Source: Azolla caroliniana
Taxonomy: Eukaryota > Plantae > Polypodiophyta
DNA length: 64,000 nt
Assembly (NCBI GenBank): GCA_043228905.1
Contig: JBHGNT010000012.1
Span: 248,001 to 312,000 of the forward strand
Direction of reading: 5' to 3'
Position numbers and translations under genes: made by a program. The notes beneath the pieces were generated by a model, which was not told the origin of the DNA, did not search any database, and saw only the letters and a list, made by a program, of their open reading frames with translations. Positions 13,664 through 25,370 of this stretch are shown here, one piece after another. The first letter of the stretch is position 1. Each line of letters opens with the position of its first letter.

Positions 13664-16600
13664 ATGGATGCGTCTTTACAGAAGTGGTCTCAAGGATTCA
13701 TGACCAGTTTGAAGAAATGCCGGAAAGATCGGAATTTGCAGCAAGCTCTGCAATTACATGATGATTATATTTCCAAGCATGGATCAGAACACTTTTCGTC
13801 GCTAGGAAGCCAACTTGTCTCACTTCTTGTAGACGTTGGAAGCATGTGTTGTGCTCAAAAGGTTTTTGATAGGCTTTCGCTTCCTGATGAATCTTCGTGG
13901 AACTCTCTCATTGTGGGGTATGCAAAACTTAAAGACTCAAAGAGTGCTCTCTCTTTGTACCAAAAGATGAGCAAATTAGATGAGTCTTTGCATCTGGGTG
14001 TGCCAGCTTTTATGGCGTTGCTTAAAGCTTGCACTCTGCTAAAAAATGTGAAGATTGGTCAGATTTTGCATGCAAAGATTAACGAGAGAGGTTTGCTCGA
14101 TTTTGATGTATTCATTGGATGTAGTTTAGTGGATATGTATGCCAAATGTGGCTTTATAATGAAAGCACAAGAGGTTTTTGATCGACTTCCAGTTCGAGAT
14201 GTGGTTTCTTGGAATTCACTCATTTCGGGTTATGCTGAGCATGGTTTTTGTGAGGAAGCATTCTACTATTTTGAAAGGGTTCGTCTTGATGGGATCCCTG
14301 CAAATGCCAGCACGCTTGGTAGTTGTTTGAAAGCTTGTATTAAGGCTGAATCTATGGTAAAAGGCCAAGAGATACACGCAGAGATTGTTAAAAAAGGTTT
14401 AGAAAGAGATATTTTATTGGGTAACACTTTGATTGACATGTATACTAAATGTGGCTCTCTTCCAATGGCACAATATTTGTTTGAGAAGCTTCCTAGGCGG
14501 GATGTGGTTTCATGGAATGTGCTCATGGCAGGTTATGTAGAGGGAGGCCAAGGTCAGAAGGCATTACACCATTTTGAACAGATGGAAAGAGAAGAAATTT
14601 GCCCAACCTCTGTGACATTTGTTTGCACACTGAAAGCTTGTGGAACCTTAGGTATCGCAGAGAAGGGGAAATGGGTACACATACATATTGTCAAAAGAGG
14701 GTTAGAAGACGAAGTTCTCGTAGGAAATAGTTTAGTTGACATGTATATGAAATGTGATTCAGTGGCAGATGCACAGGAGACTTTTTGTAAGCTTACTGCC
14801 AGGGATGTGATATCTTGGACTTCTCTAATCTGTGGATATATGGAGCATGGCTACAGTGAAGAAGCACTCAGCTATCTGGAACAGATGGAACACGACTTAA
14901 TCTGCCCTAACTCTGTCAGTTTTGTTTGTGGATTGAAAGCTTGTGGAAGTGTAGGCTTTTCAGACAGGGGTAAACTCGTACATTGTGAAATTGTTAGGAG
15001 AGGGTTTGAGACGGAGAACGTTATTGGTAATGCCTTGATTGACATGTATTCTAAATGCAGTTTGCTTTTAGAGGCCCAAGATGTGTTTGATAAGCTTCCA
15101 ACCCAAGACCTGGTTTCATGGACTGCACTGGTAAGAGGATATGTTGAGCATGGATATGGTGAAAAAGCATTTGATTGTTTAGAAAAGCTCCAGAGTATGG
15201 GAGTTCTCCTAGATTCTGTTGCCATTATTTGTAACTTGAAAGCATGTAATATCACTAATGCCAGAAGTAAGGGGCAAGGAGTTCATGCTGAAATCATTAA
15301 AAAAGGGCTTGTTGAAAGCGATACTCTGATTGGAAGCGCTTTGGTTGATATGTATTGTAGATATGGCTTGCTTGAAGATGCGAGGAAGGTTTTTGAAAAA
15401 CTTCCATCTCGAGACATTGTATCGTGGTCTGTACTGATTGCTGGATGTATGGACCATGCTAATGGTGACGATGTGCTGCATTGTGTAGGACAAATGCGAC
15501 ATGATGGTATTACTATCAATGCTGCTGTACTTACTTGCATTGTAAGAGCATGTGCAAATATAGGAGACACAACTTGTGGTCAAGAGACACACACTGAGAT
15601 TACTAAAAGAGGGCTGGAAAAAGATATTCTCATCTGCAACACGTTGTTAGATATGTATGGTAAGTGTGGCTTGCTGGAAGAAGCGAATAAAACATTCCAT
15701 AGCTTGCCTAATCAGGATGTTGTCTCCTGGAATTGTCTATTGGAAGTGTATATAAATCAGGCTCGTGCAGAAGAAGCTCTTCAACATTTTATTTGGATGC
15801 AACAGGATGGTATTGCTTTGGATCCTGTTGTATTTGCAACATGTTTAAAAGCTTGTGGCAGTATGAGAGCAATTGTCAAGGGTCAAGAAATGCATGCTGA
15901 GATTGTAAGAAAGGGATTTGAAACAGAAGTCTTTGTCTCAAATAGCTTGATAGATATGTATGCTAGATGTGGTTGTTTAATAATGGCCCGGAATGTTTTG
16001 GATTGCGTTGCAGATAGAGACATGATATCTTGGAATGCCTTGCTTTCAGCATATGTGGAAACTAGGCTTTGGGAAGAGGTAATCATTTGTACAGAACAGA
16101 TGCAAAGCGAGGGAATTCTCCTGAACGCTGTTACATATATTTACATCTTGAAATCGTGTATGTGCATTGGTGCTACTATCAAGGGCCAAAAAGTGTATAT
16201 GGAAATTGTTCAAAAAGGTCACGAACAAACACCCCCCATTGAAAACATGCTGATAGACATGTATGCAAAGGCTGGATGCACTGGAGAAGCAATACAAATG
16301 TTTGAGAAACTTCCAAATTTCAGCGTGTCCTCCTGGAATGTCCTAATTTCTGGATATGTCCAACTTGGAGAGATTGAAAGTGTTTTTCATATGGTTGATA
16401 GGATGACAGGGAAAGGCATCACACCAAATCTGGCTACATTTGTGTGTGTTCTAAATGCATGCAGTCATGCAGGTGTAGTGCACAAGGGAGTAATGTATTT
16501 TGAGACCATGATTAATGCCTATGGCTATATCCCAGGTATTGAGCATTACAATTGTATGGTTGATCTCTTTGGTCGTGCTGATCACTTGGACATGGCAATG

Positions 16601-16834
16601 GCATTGATTGAGGAAATGCCATTGCATCCTGATATCGTCGTATGGCATACTTTACTGGGAGCTTGTCAGACCTGGAAGAACATGTATCTTGGGAAACATG
16701 CTTTTGGACATGCGCTAGGAATGGATGAAAATGGTGTTGCAGCTTATATGTTTATGTTGAACATGTATACCACTGTTTCACAAGTTGATCTTGAAACAAA
16801 ATGTCAAGGGGGAAATGTGGAAAGGAAAACGTGA
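13664..16834 (+). CDS. PLS-class pentatricopeptide repeat protein with E domain, no DYW (organellar RNA-editing factor type), single exon
   Basis: About 9 P-L-S triplets (GNxLIDMYxKCG / DVVSWNxLIxGY / TFVCxLKAC), then HYNCMVDLFGRA and VVWHTLLGAC (E1), ending soon after AYMFMLNMY. Confidence 0.95.
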   Translation: MDASLQKWSQGFMTSLKKCRKDRNLQQALQLHDDYISKHGSEHFSSLGSQLVSLLVDVGSMCCAQKVFDRLSLPDESSWNSLIVGYAKLKDSKSALSLYQKMSKLDESLHLGVPAFMALLKACTLLKNVKIGQILHAKINERGLLDFDVFIGCSLVDMYAKCGFIMKAQEVFDRLPVRDVVSWNSLISGYAEHGFCEEAFYYFERVRLDGIPANASTLGSCLKACIKAESMVKGQEIHAEIVKKGLERDILLGNTLIDMYTKCGSLPMAQYLFEKLPRRDVVSWNVLMAGYVEGGQGQKALHHFEQMEREEICPTSVTFVCTLKACGTLGIAEKGKWVHIHIVKRGLEDEVLVGNSLVDMYMKCDSVADAQETFCKLTARDVISWTSLICGYMEHGYSEEALSYLEQMEHDLICPNSVSFVCGLKACGSVGFSDRGKLVHCEIVRRGFETENVIGNALIDMYSKCSLLLEAQDVFDKLPTQDLVSWTALVRGYVEHGYGEKAFDCLEKLQSMGVLLDSVAIICNLKACNITNARSKGQGVHAEIIKKGLVESDTLIGSALVDMYCRYGLLEDARKVFEKLPSRDIVSWSVLIAGCMDHANGDDVLHCVGQMRHDGITINAAVLTCIVRACANIGDTTCGQETHTEITKRGLEKDILICNTLLDMYGKCGLLEEANKTFHSLPNQDVVSWNCLLEVYINQARAEEALQHFIWMQQDGIALDPVVFATCLKACGSMRAIVKGQEMHAEIVRKGFETEVFVSNSLIDMYARCGCLIMARNVLDCVADRDMISWNALLSAYVETRLWEEVIICTEQMQSEGILLNAVTYIYILKSCMCIGATIKGQKVYMEIVQKGHEQTPPIENMLIDMYAKAGCTGEAIQMFEKLPNFSVSSWNVLISGYVQLGEIESVFHMVDRMTGKGITPNLATFVCVLNACSHAGVVHKGVMYFETMINAYGYIPGIEHYNCMVDLFGRADHLDMAMALIEEMPLHPDIVVWHTLLGACQTWKNMYLGKHAFGHALGMDENGVAAYMFMLNMYTTVSQVDLETKCQGGNVERKT

Positions 16835-17847
16835 ACTTACATTTAAGATACTCCATTGCTTTATTTATTGTGTATACCCGACATGAACCAAATTTGACAT
16901 TTGCATACTGTAAATGCTGCCATCCACTGTAATATGAAACTATACCTACCTGATTTCTTTTCCACTTTGGAGATTTTGCTAAAAAGACATAGTGGAAGAG
17001 AAAATACTTGCAAAGGCGAGTAGATGGGATGGATGTATCCACAAAGAGAGGGATATCCATTGGTGTGATTATTATCAGAGACCTGAAGGTGATTTGTTCG
17101 ACTCTAACATTCCCAATGGAGATCTAGTAAAGTTGGTTGGATTTGAAACCAGATATGGGGGTTAATAGGAGGAGTATGGCTTATGTTAGGGTACAGCCTC
17201 TGTATGTAAAACAATCAGATAATGCATATGTATAGAGATAAAAAAAAATGACTTACAGGATGGAAGTAAAAAGTTTTACTTGGTTTGTATGCATGTGGTA
17301 ATTGACTTGTCGATGCCAACAACTTTTCCTAATAAACATCATAATTAGAGGCCACATTATGGCCGTGAGAGAGATATGTAGGGATATATCATGGCCAAAA
17401 ATTTGAAGATGATTATGATATGGCAATGCTATCAGGAGGGAGAGAAAAAGATAAGAATGAGCTCACCTCAAAACTCTAGAGACAGCGTAAAAATGATACA
17501 AAAAGTAAATTCAGTCAATGCGAAAGACTATGTATAGGCCGTGCTCTCTTATTCTCCTCAATATTCTGGCAGCCACCCCTTTCATCATGATTATACCATT
17601 CTCAAGGTCTATTTGATGGCAGAAATATTCAAACTTAAATGACATTCGGCACCTTGATAGTACATAGAGGATGGACATACATTGAAAAATATATATAAAG
17701 ATAAGCATACATGGAGCACATGAAAGGAAGCGTATCATACATAGACACACATTTTTGTCCTTTTAGAGAAAGGAATACCGAAGACCATTACGAAAGGATG
17801 GGCAAACTAATGCGGGTGGTGTGGAATTGGGTGTCCTACAGGAGATG

Positions 17848-18646
17848 TTAGTCAGAGGGCGGTGATGGGACAGATGCGTCATTGTAGACCCATGCCTCCA
17901 CATGGGCGGCATCGCCAGTGTCCTCGGCAAAGCTACAAAACATGAGGGCATGGACACCGGAGTCACCCACGACGCCAGAGTAACGGGTGTTCTTCGTGAC
18001 GAGGTACCAGTCCCCCTTGGTGTAGGTCTTGCCATTGATATTGAGGGAGCCATCGAGCACGAAGTTGAGAATGTCGCCCTTGTGAGCGTGGCGCTGGATG
18101 ATCTTCCCGGGTCCCATCTTGGACTCGTGAAGGAATCCCATGTCACGCACTTTCATGAAGAACTTGAAGTCGTAGATCTCGTCGTTGCCGAGCCCCATCA
18201 TGTGCTCATTGCTAACCTTCACCTTTAGGGCGGAAGCACTGTCGTAAATCCCTGGCAGTGTCACCACTTGGTTGGAGCTCCTCTGATCAGCTCCTGCTTA
18301 GGAATTACAACACATGTCAGGTTGAATCCCCCATAATCGAACATTGCAATGCAGATTATACATCGCCTAATGGTCAATCAGTCTTAAATATTTGAGCATT
18401 CAAATGTAGCATAGAATCAAACATGTTGGAGGTCAACTTAAAACCAGTTATACCTTCGGCAGTTAGGAAACGTCGAGCAGCTACACGGTGGCCCATGGCG
18501 GCACCATTGTTGCGTTCTTCGCTCACATTGCTAACCGATACACCCATGAGCACTAACAGCATGAGTGTGGCTGCCAGCATGGCCACCCTTAAGCCAGCCA
18601 TTGTAGTAGCTCCTCTTCCTCCATTATTAGCTCCTCCTCCCTTCAT
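17848..18646 (-). CDS. Uncharacterised signal-anchor/propeptide + cupin-like protein, copy 1 (exons 18646-18454 and 18293-17848; 212 aa)
   Basis: GT-AG intron joins MKGGG...LRVAMLAATLMLLVLMGVSVS...RRFLTAEG in frame to ADQRSSNQVVTLPGIY...PGKIIQRHAHKGDILNFVLDGSLNINGKTYTKGDWYLV...; conserved in copy 2. Confidence 0.82.
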
Positions 18647-19699
18647 TGTGTTGGCACTTGGGACTCAAACCACAAAAGGCTATCACTGTTGTTGGAGCAA
18701 GTGAAAGATACGATGGAAGTGATCAAGTGCTTCTTTACATTTATAGGCATGATGAGGTAAGTGTGAGTGTCATGCTGAGGTTAGCGATGACGGTGATCCT
18801 TATCTCCTACATCCCCCACCCCTTGGGAAAGTGTTTGGACTGTAGTGTGTTCTTACATTACAAATTGTTAATCATCCATTCCTCAGTGTTTTACGTGTTA
18901 TCTAGGTGTCGAATCACATGTCACTAGCATGTTTTGACATCCCAAGACCTCTCCTACTATGATCACCGATTGAATCCTCGGTAACTAGAATTCCTCGTTG
19001 CAGGACTAGAAATCTGTCAAGGTAGATAATATTTGTTGTGAACCCCACTTCTTTTTGTTTCCATATCCATTGTAATAAGATACCATGGAAAGGAGTAGAA
19101 ACCAGACCAAACTTTCAACGATAGAGGACCCAAACAGTTAATTAGAACTTGGACTGGAGTGACAGAGGTGCTAATATCTGCATGGTCCCTATCTATAAAC
19201 TAGAATAAAGTGGAGTATTTTACAAAAAGATGAACATTACTCCAATATATTATGTGAGAAGTGTTTGGAATGAGCTAGAATTCGTTCCACATGTTGATAT
19301 TGCAAAAGTATCACCCTTTTTTTTAATCTATTGTGAAGCCATCCAAGCTAGAAAAAGGGGTCCAAAGAAAGATGAAAACGTAATGTAATTTTATTGAATC
19401 TCTCTTTATTAAAGAGTTCTCATGCACATATCCTTGTGTCATCACCTTGTTCTTCTCCAATGTATGCAAGGATAAGTCTTAGATACATTTATCATTGTTG
19501 ACTATCAATGATTTAGTAGCCAAGAAAGGTTATTCTAGGAGTTTCTATTTCTAACTTCCTAGGATAACATTGCACCAAACCAAAAACCTCTCTTTCTTAG
19601 GGCTCTATGGAATCTAGGATCATGTTCACTTGTGTCTAGCCTTTAAAGTTTTCACATGTTCACTTGTTTATAGCCTCTAAAGTTCTCCTAATGTATTAG

Positions 19700-20225
19700 T
19701 TTTTTGTTTTTTTTTCGAAAAAACACTCCTTCCATTAGTTATAAAATTTTATAGATGAGATTAGTATATACAAATCCCTATAGGGACACGATAGGTCCAT
19801 CTTATGTGGATGCCCACCAACTCAATAAAGGGGGAGGATGACCATTGTTGGATGAAGGCTAGTCGTTGTCTTTCAACTCCATTGGAGTCACCCTTGGGCC
19901 ATCATATTGGCTCTTTAGAGTGGCTACAACTTCACTCCATATCTCTTGCATTAACACTATTGGCTGCACGGTTTGGTTGGAGAAAACCCGTCTACACCGT
20001 TGTTTCCATAGAATCCAAAGAGTTATTGGGCTGACCAATTCCAACACAACTTGAGATTTGGCATTGATAGGAGTTGAGTGAACATTGTCGATGGTGGAGA
20101 AAAAAACCTCTTGGGCTTTTATAACCAAAGTCATCCCCTCTTCCTGATTCTCATATCTGTCAATTGGGGCTTGCCATGATAGCCAACATACATTCCCCCA
20201 CTTGATTGAGCCTTGCACTTGGCAT
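19700..20225 (-). mobile_element. 5'-truncated LINE (L1-like) 3' fragment with poly(A) tail, present only in duplicate copy 1
   Basis: Minus-strand ...PITLWILWKQRCRRVFSNQ... resembles the plant L1 ORF2 C-terminus; T-run at about 19700-19715 is the A tail; absent from the paralogous position near 24180. Confidence 0.65.
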
Positions 20226-21944
20226 ACTTATGTATTAGTATTAACAAGTTCACTCCAATCCTTGCTCTAATATTTTTTTATTGCTTGATCCCCTTCCTTT
20301 ATATGGAAATGTGTTGTGAAGCATGCATTCTAGCTAATTTGTTTAACTTTATTTAGTGATTAGGTCTATAGGATTGCTCATTAAGTAAAGACACTCGAAA
20401 AACGTTCCTCTTGAGTATTTGACTTGGTGTTAGTTGCTTAAGAGCAATCATGAATTGCTCCTACCCATGTTGCTAACAATAGGGTAGACGATGGAATGAT
20501 CCCACATATGAATCCAATGTATACACTCCAATCTTTGTTGTGTGTGTGGGGGGGGATCATTCCATCTCAACCAAGATTGAAACATGTTTTCAAATTGGCA
20601 CATCTCTAATTTTGTGTTGTTCCTAGGAATTAGGCAATCATTCAAATATTTTTCAATGAGTTTTACATAAGCTCTCAAGGGTAAACGAGAATGAGGGTGT
20701 TGATGCATCTCAACAAGACTAGTGAGAGTTGAAACCGAGGGGCCAATGTCCTTAAAAGTCTAATTTATTGGTTGATCATTGTTCATTTAAGATTTACGTT
20801 TGATAACTTAAATTCTTATATGGTTATAAAATCCTACTCAATTTTACTTTCTTTAATTTATATTATTTGTAACTATATTTGTTGATTTGTTTCTTTTTTA
20901 TTTTCAAACAACACTAATTATCATTATGAGTAAAGGGGATTCAAGGAATTTTCCATATTCCTTACAATCTCTTGTACCAAGTGTGATGGGTGAGAGAACT
21001 CAATCCCACCACGAATCACGATCATGATAAGCCTATATGACACTATAGAAACTGTGATAGGAGTAGTCTCACTAAGAAGCTCATTGGCATGGTCACAATG
21101 GTGCGGACTCTTACGATAGAACTACTACAAAATGGAAGGCCAAAACATGGTAAGCATGTGATTCCATGATTGAGAATTAGACTGTCTCACCAAGGAACAA
21201 GGCCAAGAAGGGTTCCCAAACACCGGATAAACCATCCCACGATTGGCTCGATATGACACGTGCCAACATTCCATGAGAAGAAGAAGTTGGGAACCCATGA
21301 AAGCCCACAAGGCATTGCAGATTTCATGAAGAAAGAAGGATCCATGCAAATACATGCACCCCATGGTGTCCTCTATATATTCACAATGAGGACACCATGG
21401 ATTGGGATTAGTCCAACATGATAAGAATGATATAGTATATACATGACTAAAAAATCGTGGCAAGACATCTGAACCCATAAAAAGTGAATTTAAGGGAATG
21501 TAGGATCTTCTAGAACGACTTCAGTCCCATTGGCATGCTGAACCTTTGACCACCCTAATATTGTGTGAGTTGTACCTTTATTATGTTAGTATCGTAAGCT
21601 GATAATGAGTTTGGTGAGAGTGGTCGTTATTCACGCTCAAGTTTCTAACCTCGTATTATCTCTTACTCAATCGTCTATAAGTTCTTTTATAGTTCTTTCA
21701 CATTGAAGTCACCATTAGGGTTAAGGTATCCATGAGCAAGAGAATGAATGGGAGAAACTCATTACCAATGTATTCATGAATTGTGCTACATATGATAGGT
21801 ACATAACATCCATGCAATTGAATAGTATAAAATTTAACAGATGTATTAATATGTCAAAAGAGAGACACGCATGAGAATGAGAGACATTAGTAGGCATTTC
21901 TGGGGGTTTTGGTAGTTGTTATCAGGCATTAGATTCGTAAGTGT

Positions 21945-24924
21945 AAGAATGAGCTCACCTCAAAACTCTAGTGACAGTGCAAAAAAGATACAAAAACTAA
22001 ATTCAGTCAATGCTAAAGACTATGCATAGGCCGTGCTCTCTTATTCTCCTCAATATTCTGATAGCAACCCCTTTCATCATGATTATCGATTATGAAGGTC
22101 TATTTGATGGCAGAAATCTTCAAACTTAAATGACATTAGGCACCTCGATAGTTAGTACATAGAGGATGGACATACTTGGAAAAATATATATATAAAGATA
22201 AGCACATGAAAGGAAGCATGATCATACATAGACACACATATTTCTCCTTTTAGAGAAAAGGAATACCGAAGAGCATTAGGAAAGGATGGGGCAAACTAAA
22301 GCAGGGGTGGTGTGGAATTTGGTGTCCCACAGGAGATGTTAGTCAGAGGGCGGTGATGGGACAGATGCGTCATTGTAGACCCATGCCTCCACATGGGCGG
22401 CATCGCCAGTGTCCTCGGCAAAGCTACAAAACATAAGGGCATGGACACCGGAGTCACCCACGGCGCCAGAGTAACGGGTGTTCTTCGTGACAAGATACCA
22501 ATCCCCCTTGGTGTAGGTCTTGCCATTGATATTGAGGGAGCCATCGAGCACGAAGTTGAGAATGTCGCCCTTGTGAGCGTGGCGCTGGATGATCTTCCCG
22601 GGTCCCATCTTGGACTCGTGAAGGAATCCCATATCGCGCACTTTCATGAAGAACTTGAAGTCGTAGATCTCGTCGTTGCCGAGCCCCATCATGTGCTCAT
22701 TGCTCACCTTCACCTTTAGGGCCGAAGCGCTGTCGTAGATCCCTGGCAGTGTCACCACTTGGTTGGAGCTCCTCTGATCAGCTCCTGCCCAGCCATCACT
22801 AAGCATGTTAGTTTACCCCACAATCACAATTGTAGGACCATTGCAATGCAGATTCAAGTATCTTCTAATGGTGAATCAGTCTTATATATCTTTGAGCATT
22901 CAAATGTAGCATAGAATCAAACATGTTGGAGGTCAAGATATAACGAGTTATACCTTCGGCAGCTAGGAAGCGTCGAGCAGCTACACGATGGCCCATGGCG
23001 TCGCCAGTGTTGCTAACCGATACACCCATCAGCACTAACAACATGAGTGTGGCTGCCAGCATGGCCACCCTTAAACCAACCATTGTAGTAGCTCCTCTTC
23101 CTCCATTACTAGCTGCTCCTCCTCCCCTCATTGTGTTGGGACTTGGGACTTAAACCACAAAAGGCACAAAAGGCTATCACAATTGTTGGAGCAAGTGAAA
23201 GATATGATGGAAGTGATCCAAGTGCTTCTCTACATTTATAGGCATGGTGAGGTAAGTGTGAGTGTCATGCTGAGGTTTGGAATGACTTCCATCCTTATCT
23301 CTTTACATCCATGGACCCTCACCCCATCCAATGGGAAAGTGTTTGGACTGTAGTGTGCTCTTACATTACAAATTATTAGTCATCCACTCCTCCGCTCTTT
23401 GATGTGGTACACATATGTATCTAGGTGTGGAATCACATGTCACTAACATGTTTTGACACCCCAAGACCTCTCCTCGTATGCACACCTGTCACCGATTGAA
23501 TCCTTGGTAACTAGAATTCCTCATTGCACGACCATAAATTTGTCAAGGTAGGTAATATTTGTTGTGAGTCCCACTTCTTTTTGTTTCCATATCCATTGTA
23601 ATAAGATACCATGGAAAGGAGTAGAAACCAGACCAGACTTTCAATGATAGAGGACCCAAACAATTAATTAGAACTTGGACTAGAGTGACAGAGGTGCTAA
23701 TGATCTGCATGGCCCCTATCTACAAGCTAGAATAAAGTGGAGTATCGTACAAAAAGACGAATATTACTCCAATACATTATATGAGAAGTGTTTGGAATGA
23801 GCTAGGATTCCACATGTTGATATTGCAAAAATATCACATTTTTTCTATTGTTAAGCCATCTAAGCTAGAAAAAAGGGTCCAAACATAAATGAAAACGTAA
23901 TGTAATTTTATTGCATCTCTCTTTATTAAAAAGTTCTCATGCACATACATATCCTTTTGTCAATCAATGATTTAGTAGCCAATAAAGGTTATTCCAAGAG
24001 TTTCTATTTTTAACTTCCTAGGATAACATTGCACCAACTAAAAACCTCCCTTTTTTTAGGGGTCCTGTCTACATTTGCTAGTCATGCTTTCATCATTCTC
24101 TTTTAATTTTTGGTGAGGTTGCATGGAATCTAGGTTCACGTTCACTTACTTGTGTCTAGCCTCTAAAGTTTTTGCATGTTCGATAAATTTTTTTGGATGA
24201 TATTATATTTGCTAACTTAGCATGTCGGAGAGAAGAATGATCCATTTTGGTGGTTAATTAGGAATAGTTTTGGTCATTGTTTTACATACGATTGCAAGTT
24301 CTTTTTGTCCTAGCAATATAGAAAGAAAACCCAAACCTATAGATGCAACAAAATGTATATCGACAAAGTTTTTATATGGTATTTATATTTTGGCACATAC
24401 ATGTGATGCGCTACTTGTTAAGTACTCGTTTGTCATATGCTTCATTGGCATAGGCTTTGGCATTAACATGTACTACGAGGAAGAGACTTGGCAGAACTAT
24501 GAGAAGGGTCAGGTGTCCCCACATAGTATGAAGAAAAACGCACTTTTAAGCTATAAAGAGGTGTAAAAGCAAATGAATTAGCTTCTCTCAAAGTTTCTTC
24601 TAAGTCAAGTGCTAATTCTCTAGACTTTTAGCTGTTTCTTAACCATTTTTCCCTCTTTCTCTCGTAAAGGATTAGTATTAACCACGTCACTCCAAGCCTT
24701 GCTCTAATGTTTTTATTTGTTTGATCCCCTTCATTTATATGGGAATGTGTTTGTTGAAGTATGCATTCTAGCTAATTTGTTTCACTTTATTAAGTGAGTG
24801 ATTAGGTTTATAGGATTGCTCATTAAGTAAACACACTCGAAAGAGGTTCCTCTTGATTGTTTGACTTGATGTAAGTAGCTTAAGTGCAATCATGAATCGT
24901 TGCTACCGATGTTGCCAACAATAG
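21945..24924 (+). repeat. Second unit of the tandem duplication (paralogous to about 17452-20480)
   Basis: Colinear from aagaatgagctcacctcaaaactctag through the gene and its promoter to ...tgc.aacaatag. Confidence 0.85.
22339..23131 (-). CDS. Uncharacterised signal-anchor/propeptide + cupin-like protein, copy 2 (exons 23131-22954 and 22784-22339; 207 aa)
   Basis: Same exon structure as copy 1; exon 2 protein differs only by V to A. Confidence 0.82.
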
Positions 24925-25370
24925 TGTTAGAGCTTATTCTTAATGTAAGCATGAAATAAAGAAATAAAATATAGATAGATAAGAAAAGAGACAGAAAGAA
25001 GGGTGTTGATCCACCCAACCACCCCCGAGCGAAGGGATCAACACAAACTCGAGCCTCGATCAAGGTCCCATACCACTCCCTTGGCATCGAGTCGTACCTG
25101 GTACTAGCACACTCGCTACAAGTTTTTAATCACCACAAGATCAGAGTCTCGGTGTAGTCAAATGATGTCTCTAATGAGGGTAGCTAGGCCTCATATTTCT
25201 AGTCGAACTTAAGGCCCCCAAGCAAGTTCACACTTGGCCCTTATGGGTTGTCTCAATTCCTACGATTAAAAGTAATCCTCCCTTCTTTACGCTCTCAATT
25301 AACCCTCACACTTTATCCTCGTGTGTAGAATACTACACTATAACTTACCACGGGATGATGCCGTGAAGAT
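24925..25370 (-). mobile_element. Diverged solo or truncated LTR of the same family as the LTRs at 43898 and 50462
   Basis: Colinear similarity (gaaagaagggtg..gatccaccc.accacccccgagcgaagggatc ... gattaaaagtaatcctccc); begins TGTT exactly where duplication homology stops. Confidence 0.8.

Noticed and set aside
14266-16648. Several minus-strand ORFs within the PPR gene
   Set aside because: Antisense shadows of a long coding exon
17902-18228. + strand 108-aa ORFs in both cupin copies
   Set aside because: Antisense shadow; inter-copy changes are synonymous in the minus frame, not this one
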